Assembly: GCA_965224465.1 (NCBI GenBank)
Contig: OZ245049.1
Span: forward strand, 1,500,001 to 1,532,000
Length of the DNA: 32,000 nt
Source: Flavobacteriaceae bacterium
Lineage (GTDB): Bacteria > Bacteroidota > Bacteroidia > Flavobacteriales > Flavobacteriaceae
Direction of reading: 5' to 3'
Position numbers and translations under genes: made by a program. The notes under the pieces were generated by a model. The model was not told the origin of the DNA. It was given only the letters and a program-made list of their open reading frames with translations, and did no database searches. Positions within the stretch are counted from its first letter, which is position 1; every line of letters starts with the position of its first letter. Below, in pieces: positions 25,208 through 32,000 of this stretch.

Positions 25208-26016
25208 GCTTTTTTAACTGCTTTTATAGAATACAACAAAGGGTGCAATCTATTTCCTTCAGGCATTACATACTGTCCTTGATCATTTTTAACCATATTA
25301 GAAAAAATAGGATAAGGCATCTCGTCAAACTCATGTAAGAAAGATACATCTAGCCCTGCCTTGGACAATGCTGTAACAACGCTACCTAAACCGTGATTCC
25401 ACCAATACTCCTTGCTCGTAATATCCGATTGAAAATCTGCATAAGTCCCTTTATACTCCTCATAAATTACCTCTTTTTTATGGTAGGGAAATTTAAGTAC
25501 TGGTTTTTCTGAATCATCATCATACATCCACACAATAGGGTGAATTTCCACCATATAAAAAAAGCCTCCAATTTTCAGTTTTTCAGCAATCACCTTCGCC
25601 CACAAATCCAAGTCGGGCAACCAACCTACAACACCATAGGAAGCAAAAACAATATCAAACTCACCCGGCACCTCCTTAGGAACATCATAGACATTGCATT
25701 GGATAAAACAAACAGGTATTTTTAATTCTTGAGAAATATCTACCGCCTTTTCAATCCCCTTAGAAGACAAATCGATACCCGTACATTTGGCTCCTAACCT
25801 ACTCCAGCTCATAGTATCCAACCCAAAATGACATTGTAAATGTAAAAGGGTTTTTCCTGAAACCTCACCCATTTCTTTTAATTCAATCACATTTAAGGAT
25901 GTCTGCCCTTGTTTAAAACGTGCTACTTCGTAAAATTTAGAAGCCGCATGTATCGGTACTTTTAAATCCCATGTTTGCTCATTTGTTTTAAAATAATTTA
26001 CGTATTTATCTTTCAT
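25204..26016 (-). CDS. class I SAM-dependent methyltransferase
   Basis: 270 aa. LLHLQCHFGLDTMSWSRLGAKCTGIDLS (motif I variant plus an acidic residue ending beta-2), FDIVFASYG, and GGFFYM.E. Confidence 0.8.
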   Translation of the reverse strand: MKDKYVNYFKTNEQTWDLKVPIHAASKFYEVARFKQGQTSLNVIELKEMGEVSGKTLLHLQCHFGLDTMSWSRLGAKCTGIDLSSKGIEKAVDISQELKIPVCFIQCNVYDVPKEVPGEFDIVFASYGVVGWLPDLDLWAKVIAEKLKIGGFFYMVEIHPIVWMYDDDSEKPVLKFPYHKKEVIYEEYKGTYADFQSDITSKEYWWNHGLGSVVTALSKAGLDVSFLHEFDEMPYPIFSNMVKNDQGQYVMPEGNRLHPLLYSIKAVKKA

Positions 26017-26039
26017 TATATTGATTTAACGGCGTGTAA

Positions 26040-26198
26040 CACCAAATACATTTCCAAGTGAAGGTTTAGAAATGGAGTTATTTTTTGTTCTAGCTAGGCG
26101 GAAAATCTAAAGATAGCCTTCGCTATCGTTCTATTTTTTAACAACGATAGAGCATAAAATAAACTATTTATATCTGTCATTTTGGATTGTAATTGGTG
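26040..26198. repeat. MITE-like intergenic repeat, copy C (best preserved)
   Basis: Imperfect terminal inverted repeats: caccaaatacatttccaagtga... versus the reverse complement of the right end, caccaattacaatccaaaatga.... Flanked by TAA on both sides (26037-26039, 26199-26201). High by-eye identity to copy A. Confidence 0.65.
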
Positions 26199-26206
26199 TA
26201 ATATAG

Positions 26207-27022
26207 TTAAAATAAGAGCAGTAGCGCCCAAACAATTGGAATAGACTCAATCCAAAAAGAAGCAAACCATCTATTTTGATTGCGATTGGACAAATACAAT
26301 CCAATGAATAACAAAGCACCGACAAGTAGTTCTGGAAGCATTAAATCTATTTTAAACTGATAAAAATAGAATTCCAAGCCTATAAAAATCAACACAAAAA
26401 AGCTCCCCAAACGTTTTGCGTTTGTCACACCTATCAATTGAGGAATGGTTTTTAAATCTTCTTTATCGTAATCCAGATCCCTAATATCAAAAGGAATGGT
26501 CAAAGCCATTACCAAAAACACACGTTGTATAAAAAGCACAATAATAGCGGCGTTAAAATGGTATTGAGAATCTACTAAGGGAAAAAACACGGTAACCCCA
26601 GCCCAAGAAAAAGCAATCACAAACAACTTAACCCCTGGCATAAAACGCAAGGATTTACGCTTGTAAAAAACAGGTACGCTATAAAAAAAAGTCAATACGG
26701 TAAAAGGAATTAAAATCAGTATTGATTCCCAATGCAATTTAGCCAATAAAAACAGCAAAAGAAAGGAACAAGTACCACTCAAAAAAAAGATCAATTTCTT
26801 ATTCTCTTTTAACCAAACGGACATCCAACTCTTGATCGTATCCAAACGCACCAATCGAATAAAATTATACGAAACCACCGTAGACAAAATAACAAAAAGA
26901 ACAGGATTTAAGTCCATTTTACCATATTTCAAAAGGGTAACATACGTCATTGCACCAGTTGCTAAAGCAACATGAAGGCTGGCAAAAACATAAAACAAGA
27001 GTATTTTTTTAAGAGTATTCAC
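26207..27022 (-). CDS. polytopic membrane protein, possibly a divergent UbiA-superfamily prenyltransferase
   Basis: 271 aa with about 8 TM segments and one Asp-rich loop, FDIRDLDYD (DxxDxxxD). The first canonical NxxxDxxxD motif is not evident, so the function is tentative. Confidence 0.45.
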   Translation of the reverse strand: MNTLKKILLFYVFASLHVALATGAMTYVTLLKYGKMDLNPVLFVILSTVVSYNFIRLVRLDTIKSWMSVWLKENKKLIFFLSGTCSFLLLFLLAKLHWESILILIPFTVLTFFYSVPVFYKRKSLRFMPGVKLFVIAFSWAGVTVFFPLVDSQYHFNAAIIVLFIQRVFLVMALTIPFDIRDLDYDKEDLKTIPQLIGVTNAKRLGSFFVLIFIGLEFYFYQFKIDLMLPELLVGALLFIGLYLSNRNQNRWFASFWIESIPIVWALLLLF

Positions 27023-27117
27023 AGGGCAAATGTAAGCTATTATAATTCGTTTAATTTATAAGGTAACAAAGTACCATAATTAACTAATAATAGGTACAAT
27101 CGTATGTCTATTTTCTG

Positions 27118-27125
27118 TACTTTTG
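27118..27125 (+). promoter_or_regulatory. candidate -7 box (TActTTTG) for gcvP
   Basis: Perfect TAnnTTTG match 35 nt upstream of the ATG at 27161. Confidence 0.4.
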
Positions 27126-27160
27126 CGAAAACAAAACAACATAACTTTAAGCAACTATAA

Positions 27161-30004
27161 ATGAAAACAAACGCATTCGTTTTAAGACATATCGGCCCTA
27201 GTGAATCTAGCGTTCAAGAAATGTTAAACTCCATTGGAGTCGCATCACTTGACAAGCTCATATTTAACACAATTCCAGACAATATCCGTCTAAAAAACGG
27301 TTTGGATTTACCAGCACCTTTAAACGAAAGTGAGTTTACTGCCCACATTCAAGAACTTGCTAATAAAAACAAGCAATTTAAGACTTATATAGGCTTAGGA
27401 TACAACGCTGCTATTACGCCAGCTGTTATCCAACGCAATGTTTTTGAAAACCCAAGTTGGTATACCTCTTACACACCATACCAAGCAGAGATTTCACAAG
27501 GAAGATTGGAAGCTTTGTTAAATTTTCAGACGATGCTAACCGATTTAACAGGATTACCAATGGTAAATTCTTCATTATTAGATGAAGGAACAGCAGCTGC
27601 TGAAGCCATGATAATGCTGTTTAGCGCAAGAAATAGAGCTCAGAAAAAAGCAGGTGTTCAGCAATTTTTTGTTTCAAACCAAGTCTTGCCTCAAACAATA
27701 GACATCCTTAAAACTAGAGCAACCCCTCTACATATTGAATTGGTATTTGGCGATCATGAAACCATCACTTTGACCAACGATATGTTTGGAGCAATTGTAC
27801 AATACCCTGCAAAAAACGGAAACATATACGACTACACACAATTTATAAGCACAGCCAAAGAATACGATGTAAAAGTGGTAGTTGCGGCTGATTTAATGAG
27901 TTTAGCATTGCTTAAAACTCCTGCAGAAATGGGTGCTGAAGTGGCTGTTGGAACTACCCAACGTTTTGGAATTCCGTTAGGATACGGAGGCCCACATGCT
28001 GCCTATTTTGCGACAAAAGAATCTTATAAACGTCAAATTCCAGGGCGTATTATTGGAGTAACCAAAGACATAGACGGAAACAGAGCTTTAAGAATGGCTT
28101 TACAAACACGTGAACAACATATAAAACGTGAAAAAGCGACATCTAACATTTGTACAGCCCAAGTTTTATTGGCAAATATGGCGGGAATGTACGCCGTTTA
28201 CCACGGACCTAAAGGACTTAAAAATATTGCTTTAAAAATGAACAGCCTAGCTCGCAACCTAGAAGTAGGATTGAATTTAATGGGCTTAGAGCAGTTAAAT
28301 GAAGTTTATTTTGACACCATTCAACTCTCTGTTAAAGATGCACAAAACACATTAAAAATAGCATCGGCACAAGAAATAAACTTTTTAGTCATAGACAAAA
28401 CTACCATTGGTATTTCTATCAATGAAATGACAAGCATAGAGGACATCAATGCTATTTTAACTGTAATTGCTACATCAGAAAAAAAGGAAGCTACCTTATT
28501 CGAAAACCGTTCTGACGAGCAAATTATCCCAACTGATTTTTTAAGAACCTCTTCGTATTTAACCCACGAGGTATTTAATTCTTACCAATCAGAAACGGAA
28601 ATGATGCGCTATATCAAACGTTTGGAAAAGAAAGACATTTCATTAACCGACTCTATGATTTCCCTAGGTTCTTGTACCATGAAATTAAATGCAGCGAGCG
28701 AAATGTTACCTTTATCCAACAGTAACTGGCAAAACATCCATCCTTTTGCTCCCCAAGACCAAGCAGCAGGTTATTTGGAAATGTTAAAAAATCTAGAAAA
28801 TTATTTAAGTGAAATCACTGGATTTGCAGCAACATCTTTACAACCAAACTCTGGAGCAAACGGAGAATACACAGGATTATTAGTTATCCAAGCATACCAT
28901 AAATCAAGAGAACAAGGACATAGAAATATATGTTTAATACCAGCATCAGCACATGGTACCAACCCAGCATCTGCGGTAATGGCAGGAATGAAAGTGGTGG
29001 TAACTAAAACATCTGACAATGGAAATATAGACGTAGACGACTTAAGAGAAAAAGCAGTATTACACAAAGATAACTTGGCAGCGTTAATGGTTACCTATCC
29101 ATCTACCCATGGTGTTTTTGAATCTGAAATTAGAGAAATCACAGAAATAATTCATGCAAATGGCGGGCAAGTATATATGGATGGCGCCAATATGAATGCT
29201 CAAGTAGGATTGACAAATCCAGGATTGATAGGAGCAGATGTATGTCACTTAAATTTACACAAAACGTTTGCGATTCCTCACGGAGGTGGAGGACCAGGAG
29301 TAGGTCCAATCTGTGTCGCGGCTCATTTAGCAGAATTTTTACCCTCAAACCCTGTACAAACAACAGGAGGTAAAAACGCAATCACAGCTGTATCTGCTGC
29401 TCCATACGGATCTGCAATGGTTGATCTAATTTCCTACAGTTACATCCGCATGTTAGGAAGCGAAGGACTCAAAGCATCTACCACCTTTGCTATTTTAAAT
29501 GCCAACTATATCAAATCAAAACTCGAAAAGCACTATCGTATTTTATATACAGGAGAAATGGGGTTTGCAGCACATGAAATGATTGTTGACTTTAGAGAGT
29601 TTAAAGCCAAAGGAATTGAAGTAACAGACATCGCAAAACGATTGATGGACTATGGCTTTCATGCACCTACGGTTTCTTTCCCTGTTGCAGGAACATTAAT
29701 GATTGAACCTACAGAAAGTGAAAGTAAAGAAGAATTAGACCGTTTTATAGCTGCTTTAATTCAGATAAAATCTGAAATAGAAGCCTATAGCGAAGGCAGT
29801 GATTCTGTATTAAAAAATGCTCCTCACACCTTGAAAATGTTGACAAATGACGAATGGCCGTATTCATACACTCGAAAAGAAGCAGCCTTTGCATTGGACT
29901 ATATAGCAGACAGAAAATACTGGCCAACCGTAAGACGCGTAGACGATGCTTACGGAGACAGAAATCTTATTTGTTCTTGCAATCCTATTGAAGATTACAT
30001 GTAA
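27161..30004 (+). CDS. gcvP: glycine dehydrogenase (decarboxylating), single-chain P protein of the glycine cleavage system
   Basis: 947 aa. RHIGP, SYIG.GY, FENP.WYT.YTPYQ.EISQGRLE.LLNFQTM, and the PLP lysine context HLNLHKTF.IPHGGGGPG. Confidence 0.95.
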   Translation: MKTNAFVLRHIGPSESSVQEMLNSIGVASLDKLIFNTIPDNIRLKNGLDLPAPLNESEFTAHIQELANKNKQFKTYIGLGYNAAITPAVIQRNVFENPSWYTSYTPYQAEISQGRLEALLNFQTMLTDLTGLPMVNSSLLDEGTAAAEAMIMLFSARNRAQKKAGVQQFFVSNQVLPQTIDILKTRATPLHIELVFGDHETITLTNDMFGAIVQYPAKNGNIYDYTQFISTAKEYDVKVVVAADLMSLALLKTPAEMGAEVAVGTTQRFGIPLGYGGPHAAYFATKESYKRQIPGRIIGVTKDIDGNRALRMALQTREQHIKREKATSNICTAQVLLANMAGMYAVYHGPKGLKNIALKMNSLARNLEVGLNLMGLEQLNEVYFDTIQLSVKDAQNTLKIASAQEINFLVIDKTTIGISINEMTSIEDINAILTVIATSEKKEATLFENRSDEQIIPTDFLRTSSYLTHEVFNSYQSETEMMRYIKRLEKKDISLTDSMISLGSCTMKLNAASEMLPLSNSNWQNIHPFAPQDQAAGYLEMLKNLENYLSEITGFAATSLQPNSGANGEYTGLLVIQAYHKSREQGHRNICLIPASAHGTNPASAVMAGMKVVVTKTSDNGNIDVDDLREKAVLHKDNLAALMVTYPSTHGVFESEIREITEIIHANGGQVYMDGANMNAQVGLTNPGLIGADVCHLNLHKTFAIPHGGGGPGVGPICVAAHLAEFLPSNPVQTTGGKNAITAVSAAPYGSAMVDLISYSYIRMLGSEGLKASTTFAILNANYIKSKLEKHYRILYTGEMGFAAHEMIVDFREFKAKGIEVTDIAKRLMDYGFHAPTVSFPVAGTLMIEPTESESKEELDRFIAALIQIKSEIEAYSEGSDSVLKNAPHTLKMLTNDEWPYSYTRKEAAFALDYIADRKYWPTVRRVDDAYGDRNLICSCNPIEDYM

Positions 30005-30025
30005 AAACAAACAAAAAACACGAAG

Positions 30026-30062
30026 ACCGTTTAAAACACTTACCCGTAGTGTTTTAAACGGT
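30026..30062 (+). terminator. long hairpin downstream of gcvP (probable terminator)
   Basis: 15-bp perfect stem accgtttaaaacact / agtgttttaaacggt with a 7-nt loop, 22 nt after the stop. The downstream T-run is weak (tcattcttt). Confidence 0.55.
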
Positions 30063-30130
30063 TCATTCTTTACGAAAACCTTATAGTTAAAAAAAGACAC
30101 TAAATATTTTAATAGGTAGCCGTAAATCAG

Positions 30131-30138
30131 TAATTTTG
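30131..30138 (+). promoter_or_regulatory. candidate -7 box (TAatTTTG) for pdhA/E2
   Basis: Perfect TAnnTTTG match 87 nt upstream of the ATG at 30226. Confidence 0.3.
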
Positions 30139-30225
30139 CGGTTCGATGAATTTTATATTTAGCCGTAGAGTCTAACAAAACAAATTCCCCTTGTGGGGTG
30201 TAAATAAACTTGAACAACAAAGTAG

Positions 30226-31218
30226 ATGAAAAAAATAACAAAAGCGACGTATTTAAAATGGTATAAAGACATGCTATTTTGGAGAAAATTTGAAGACAAA
30301 TTAGCAGCCTTATACATCCAACAAAAAATACGTGGATTTTTACACCTTTACAATGGACAGGAAGCGGTATTAGCAGGAGCTTTACACGTAATGGAGAAAG
30401 ATGACAAAATGATTACTGCTTACAGAAACCACGTACAACCAATTGGCTTAGGTGTGGATCCGAAAAGAATCATGGCAGAACTTTTAGGAAAAGCAACAGG
30501 AACGTCTCAAGGTTTAGGTGGATCTATGCATATTTTCTCTCCGGAACACAACTTCTATGGAGGACATGGAATTGTTGGAGGTCAAATTCCTTTAGGTGCT
30601 GGACTCGCTTTTGCTGATAAATATTTTGACAGAGAAGGAGTTACTTTGACTTATTTTGGTGATGGTGCTGCACGTCAAGGTTCTTTACACGAAACCTTTA
30701 ACATGGCAATGAACTGGAAACTACCTGTCGTATTTATTTGTGAGAACAATGGATACGCAATGGGAACTTCTGTTTCTAGAACTGCAAATCATGAAGATAT
30801 TTGGAAATTAGGATTGGGATACGAAATGCCTTGTGGAGAAGTAGACGGAATGGATCCTGTAGCTGTTGCAAAAGCAATGGACGAAGCAATTAAAAGAGCT
30901 AGAAACGGAGACGGACCAACGCTATTAGATATAAAAACATACCGTTATAGAGGACACTCTATGAGTGATGCACAATTATACAGAACAAAAAAAGAGGTTG
31001 AAGAATACAAGAAAATTGACCCAATCAACCAAGTTTTGGAAGTAATTAGAGAAAAAAAATACGCTACGGAAGACGAAATCAAAGGGTTTATCGAAGATGT
31101 TAAAATTAAGGTTGCCGAATGTCAAGAATTTGCTGAAAATTCTCCATTCCCAGAAATCAGCGTAATGTATGATGCCGTTTATGAACAAGAAGATTATCCT
31201 TTTTTACCTCATAGATAA
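30226..31218 (+). CDS. pdhA: pyruvate dehydrogenase E1 component, alpha subunit
   Basis: 330 aa. FLHLYNGQEAV, the TPP motif GDGA...G...E..N.A..W.LPV.F..ENNGYAMGT, and YR..GHSMSD. Confidence 0.9.
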   Translation: MKKITKATYLKWYKDMLFWRKFEDKLAALYIQQKIRGFLHLYNGQEAVLAGALHVMEKDDKMITAYRNHVQPIGLGVDPKRIMAELLGKATGTSQGLGGSMHIFSPEHNFYGGHGIVGGQIPLGAGLAFADKYFDREGVTLTYFGDGAARQGSLHETFNMAMNWKLPVVFICENNGYAMGTSVSRTANHEDIWKLGLGYEMPCGEVDGMDPVAVAKAMDEAIKRARNGDGPTLLDIKTYRYRGHSMSDAQLYRTKKEVEEYKKIDPINQVLEVIREKKYATEDEIKGFIEDVKIKVAECQEFAENSPFPEISVMYDAVYEQEDYPFLPHR

Positions 31219-31280
31219 ATCTAATAAAACAACTAAAATCGAGACATCGCTTTTCGCGTATCTCATAAAAATATAAGTAT

Positions 31281-32000
31281 ATGGCAGAAATTATTACAAT
31301 GCCGCGTTTGAGCGACACAATGACAGAAGGGGTTGTTGCACAATGGTTAAAAAATGTAGGCGACGCTATTGAAGAAGGTGATATTTTAGCTGAAATCGAA
31401 ACTGATAAAGCTACAATGGAGTTCGAATCGTTTAACGAAGGGACTTTACTATATATCGGATTAAAAGAAGGAGTAAGTGCTCCCGTAGATTCTTTACTTG
31501 CCATTATTGGTGAAAAAGGAGAAAATATTGACGATTTAGTGGCTAATTTTGATAAGTCAACCGCTCCTGAATCTAGCGATGCTAAAGAAGAAACTCCTGT
31601 AGTTGAAGAAAAAGCCGCTCCAGTAGCTGCTGCCACTTCTACTCCTGCTGCTACAACTGCAATTGCTGCACAAGTAGTAAATACGGGTCGTATTTCAGCT
31701 TCTCCTTTGGCTAAAAAAATTGCTTCTGATAAAGGAATCAATTTAGCTACAGTAACTGGAACAGGAGAAAATGGTCGTGTGGTAAAACGCGATGTTGAAT
31801 TTTTTGTACCTATTACGGCTACTACAGCTCCTGCAGCTACAAACACGGTATCATTGGAAGATGAAAGCTTCGAAGAAATTAACAATTCTCAAATGAGAAA
31901 AGTAATTGCACGTCGTTTGACTGAATCTAAATTCTCTGCTCCTCATTATTACTTAATGTTGGACATTAATATGGACAATGCTATTGCTGCTCGTAAAGAA
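31281..32000 (+). CDS. dihydrolipoamide acetyltransferase (E2) of the pyruvate dehydrogenase complex, partial (continues past the window end)
   Basis: Open from ATG 31281 to the window end. MAEIITMPRLSDTMTEGVVAQWLKNVGDAIEEGDILAEIETDKATMEFES is a lipoyl domain. An Ala/Pro/Thr linker follows, then ISASPLAKKIASDKGINL...GTGENGRVVKRDV (E3/E1-binding domain). Confidence 0.88.
   Translation, partial: MAEIITMPRLSDTMTEGVVAQWLKNVGDAIEEGDILAEIETDKATMEFESFNEGTLLYIGLKEGVSAPVDSLLAIIGEKGENIDDLVANFDKSTAPESSDAKEETPVVEEKAAPVAAATSTPAATTAIAAQVVNTGRISASPLAKKIASDKGINLATVTGTGENGRVVKRDVEFFVPITATTAPAATNTVSLEDESFEEINNSQMRKVIARRLTESKFSAPHYYLMLDINMDNAIAARKE

Noticed and set aside
3910-26198. Whether the three dispersed repeat copies could be a CRISPR array or other regularly spaced array
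   Set aside because: The copies are 6-16 kb apart and 120-160 bp long. They have inverted-repeat ends and sit in unrelated intergenic regions. There are no short regularly spaced repeats and no cas genes anywhere in the window.
27023-27160. Glycine riboswitch upstream of gcvP
   Set aside because: The spacer is only 138 bp, and a consensus -7 box at 27118 leaves a leader of about 30 nt. No GGAGAG...CACCG-type conserved cores or tandem aptamer helices are visible.
30130-30160. tRNA-like T-arm sequence (gcggttcgatgaa)
   Set aside because: It is only a GGTTCGA-like heptamer. No acceptor, D or anticodon stems can be drawn around it, and it overlaps the putative pdhA promoter.
31157-31885. 242-aa ORF on the minus strand
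   Set aside because: It lies antisense to the E2 acetyltransferase gene, whose lipoyl domain and linker are unmistakable on the + strand. Its translation is low-complexity Ala/Ser/Thr/Val, the mirror of the Ala/Pro-rich linker. It is a shadow ORF.

Overview
AT-rich chromosomal segment with a Bacteroidota/Flavobacteriia character: gene content, many TAnnTTTG -7 promoter boxes, and no obvious Shine-Dalgarno sites. It is mostly core housekeeping. In order: a heme cluster (hemA, divergent from araC-family/hemH/hemJ); a 933-bp ORF-free gap; iorA-iorB plus an ADP-forming acyl-CoA synthetase; a small accessory patch with nested insertion sequences; then recR, a Na+/solute symporter, pdxH, sixA-like, ppx, a repeat-rich OmpA-family protein, a histidine phosphatase, a secreted thioredoxin-like protein, PNP, lpxK, Nif3 plus its COG1579 partner, a SAM methyltransferase, a UbiA-like membrane protein, gcvP, pdhA and the start of the E2 acetyltransferase. 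No rRNA, tRNA or CRISPR array was recognised. No defence, toxin or secretion gene cluster was recognised either. I cannot support a claim that a new multi-gene system is present. The most unusual structure is a roughly 120-160 bp MITE-like intergenic element in three copies (about 3910, 9788 and 26040). It has imperfect terminal inverted repeats, a TAA flank duplication in the best copy, and an internal hairpin kept by compensating changes. One copy was hit by an IS66-family element (8-bp TSD), whose transposase gene was then split by an ISAs1-family element (10-bp TSD), giving a clean three-level nest. Lesser curiosities: an archaeal-style iorAB plus ADP-forming ACS module; an AraC regulator embedded in heme genes; an OmpA protein built from PAxY-type modules with a 2 x 69-nt tandem duplication; and a COG1579 protein lacking the four zinc-ribbon cysteines expected from recalled homologues. 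All functional calls come from reading the supplied translations for family motifs. No database search was possible.
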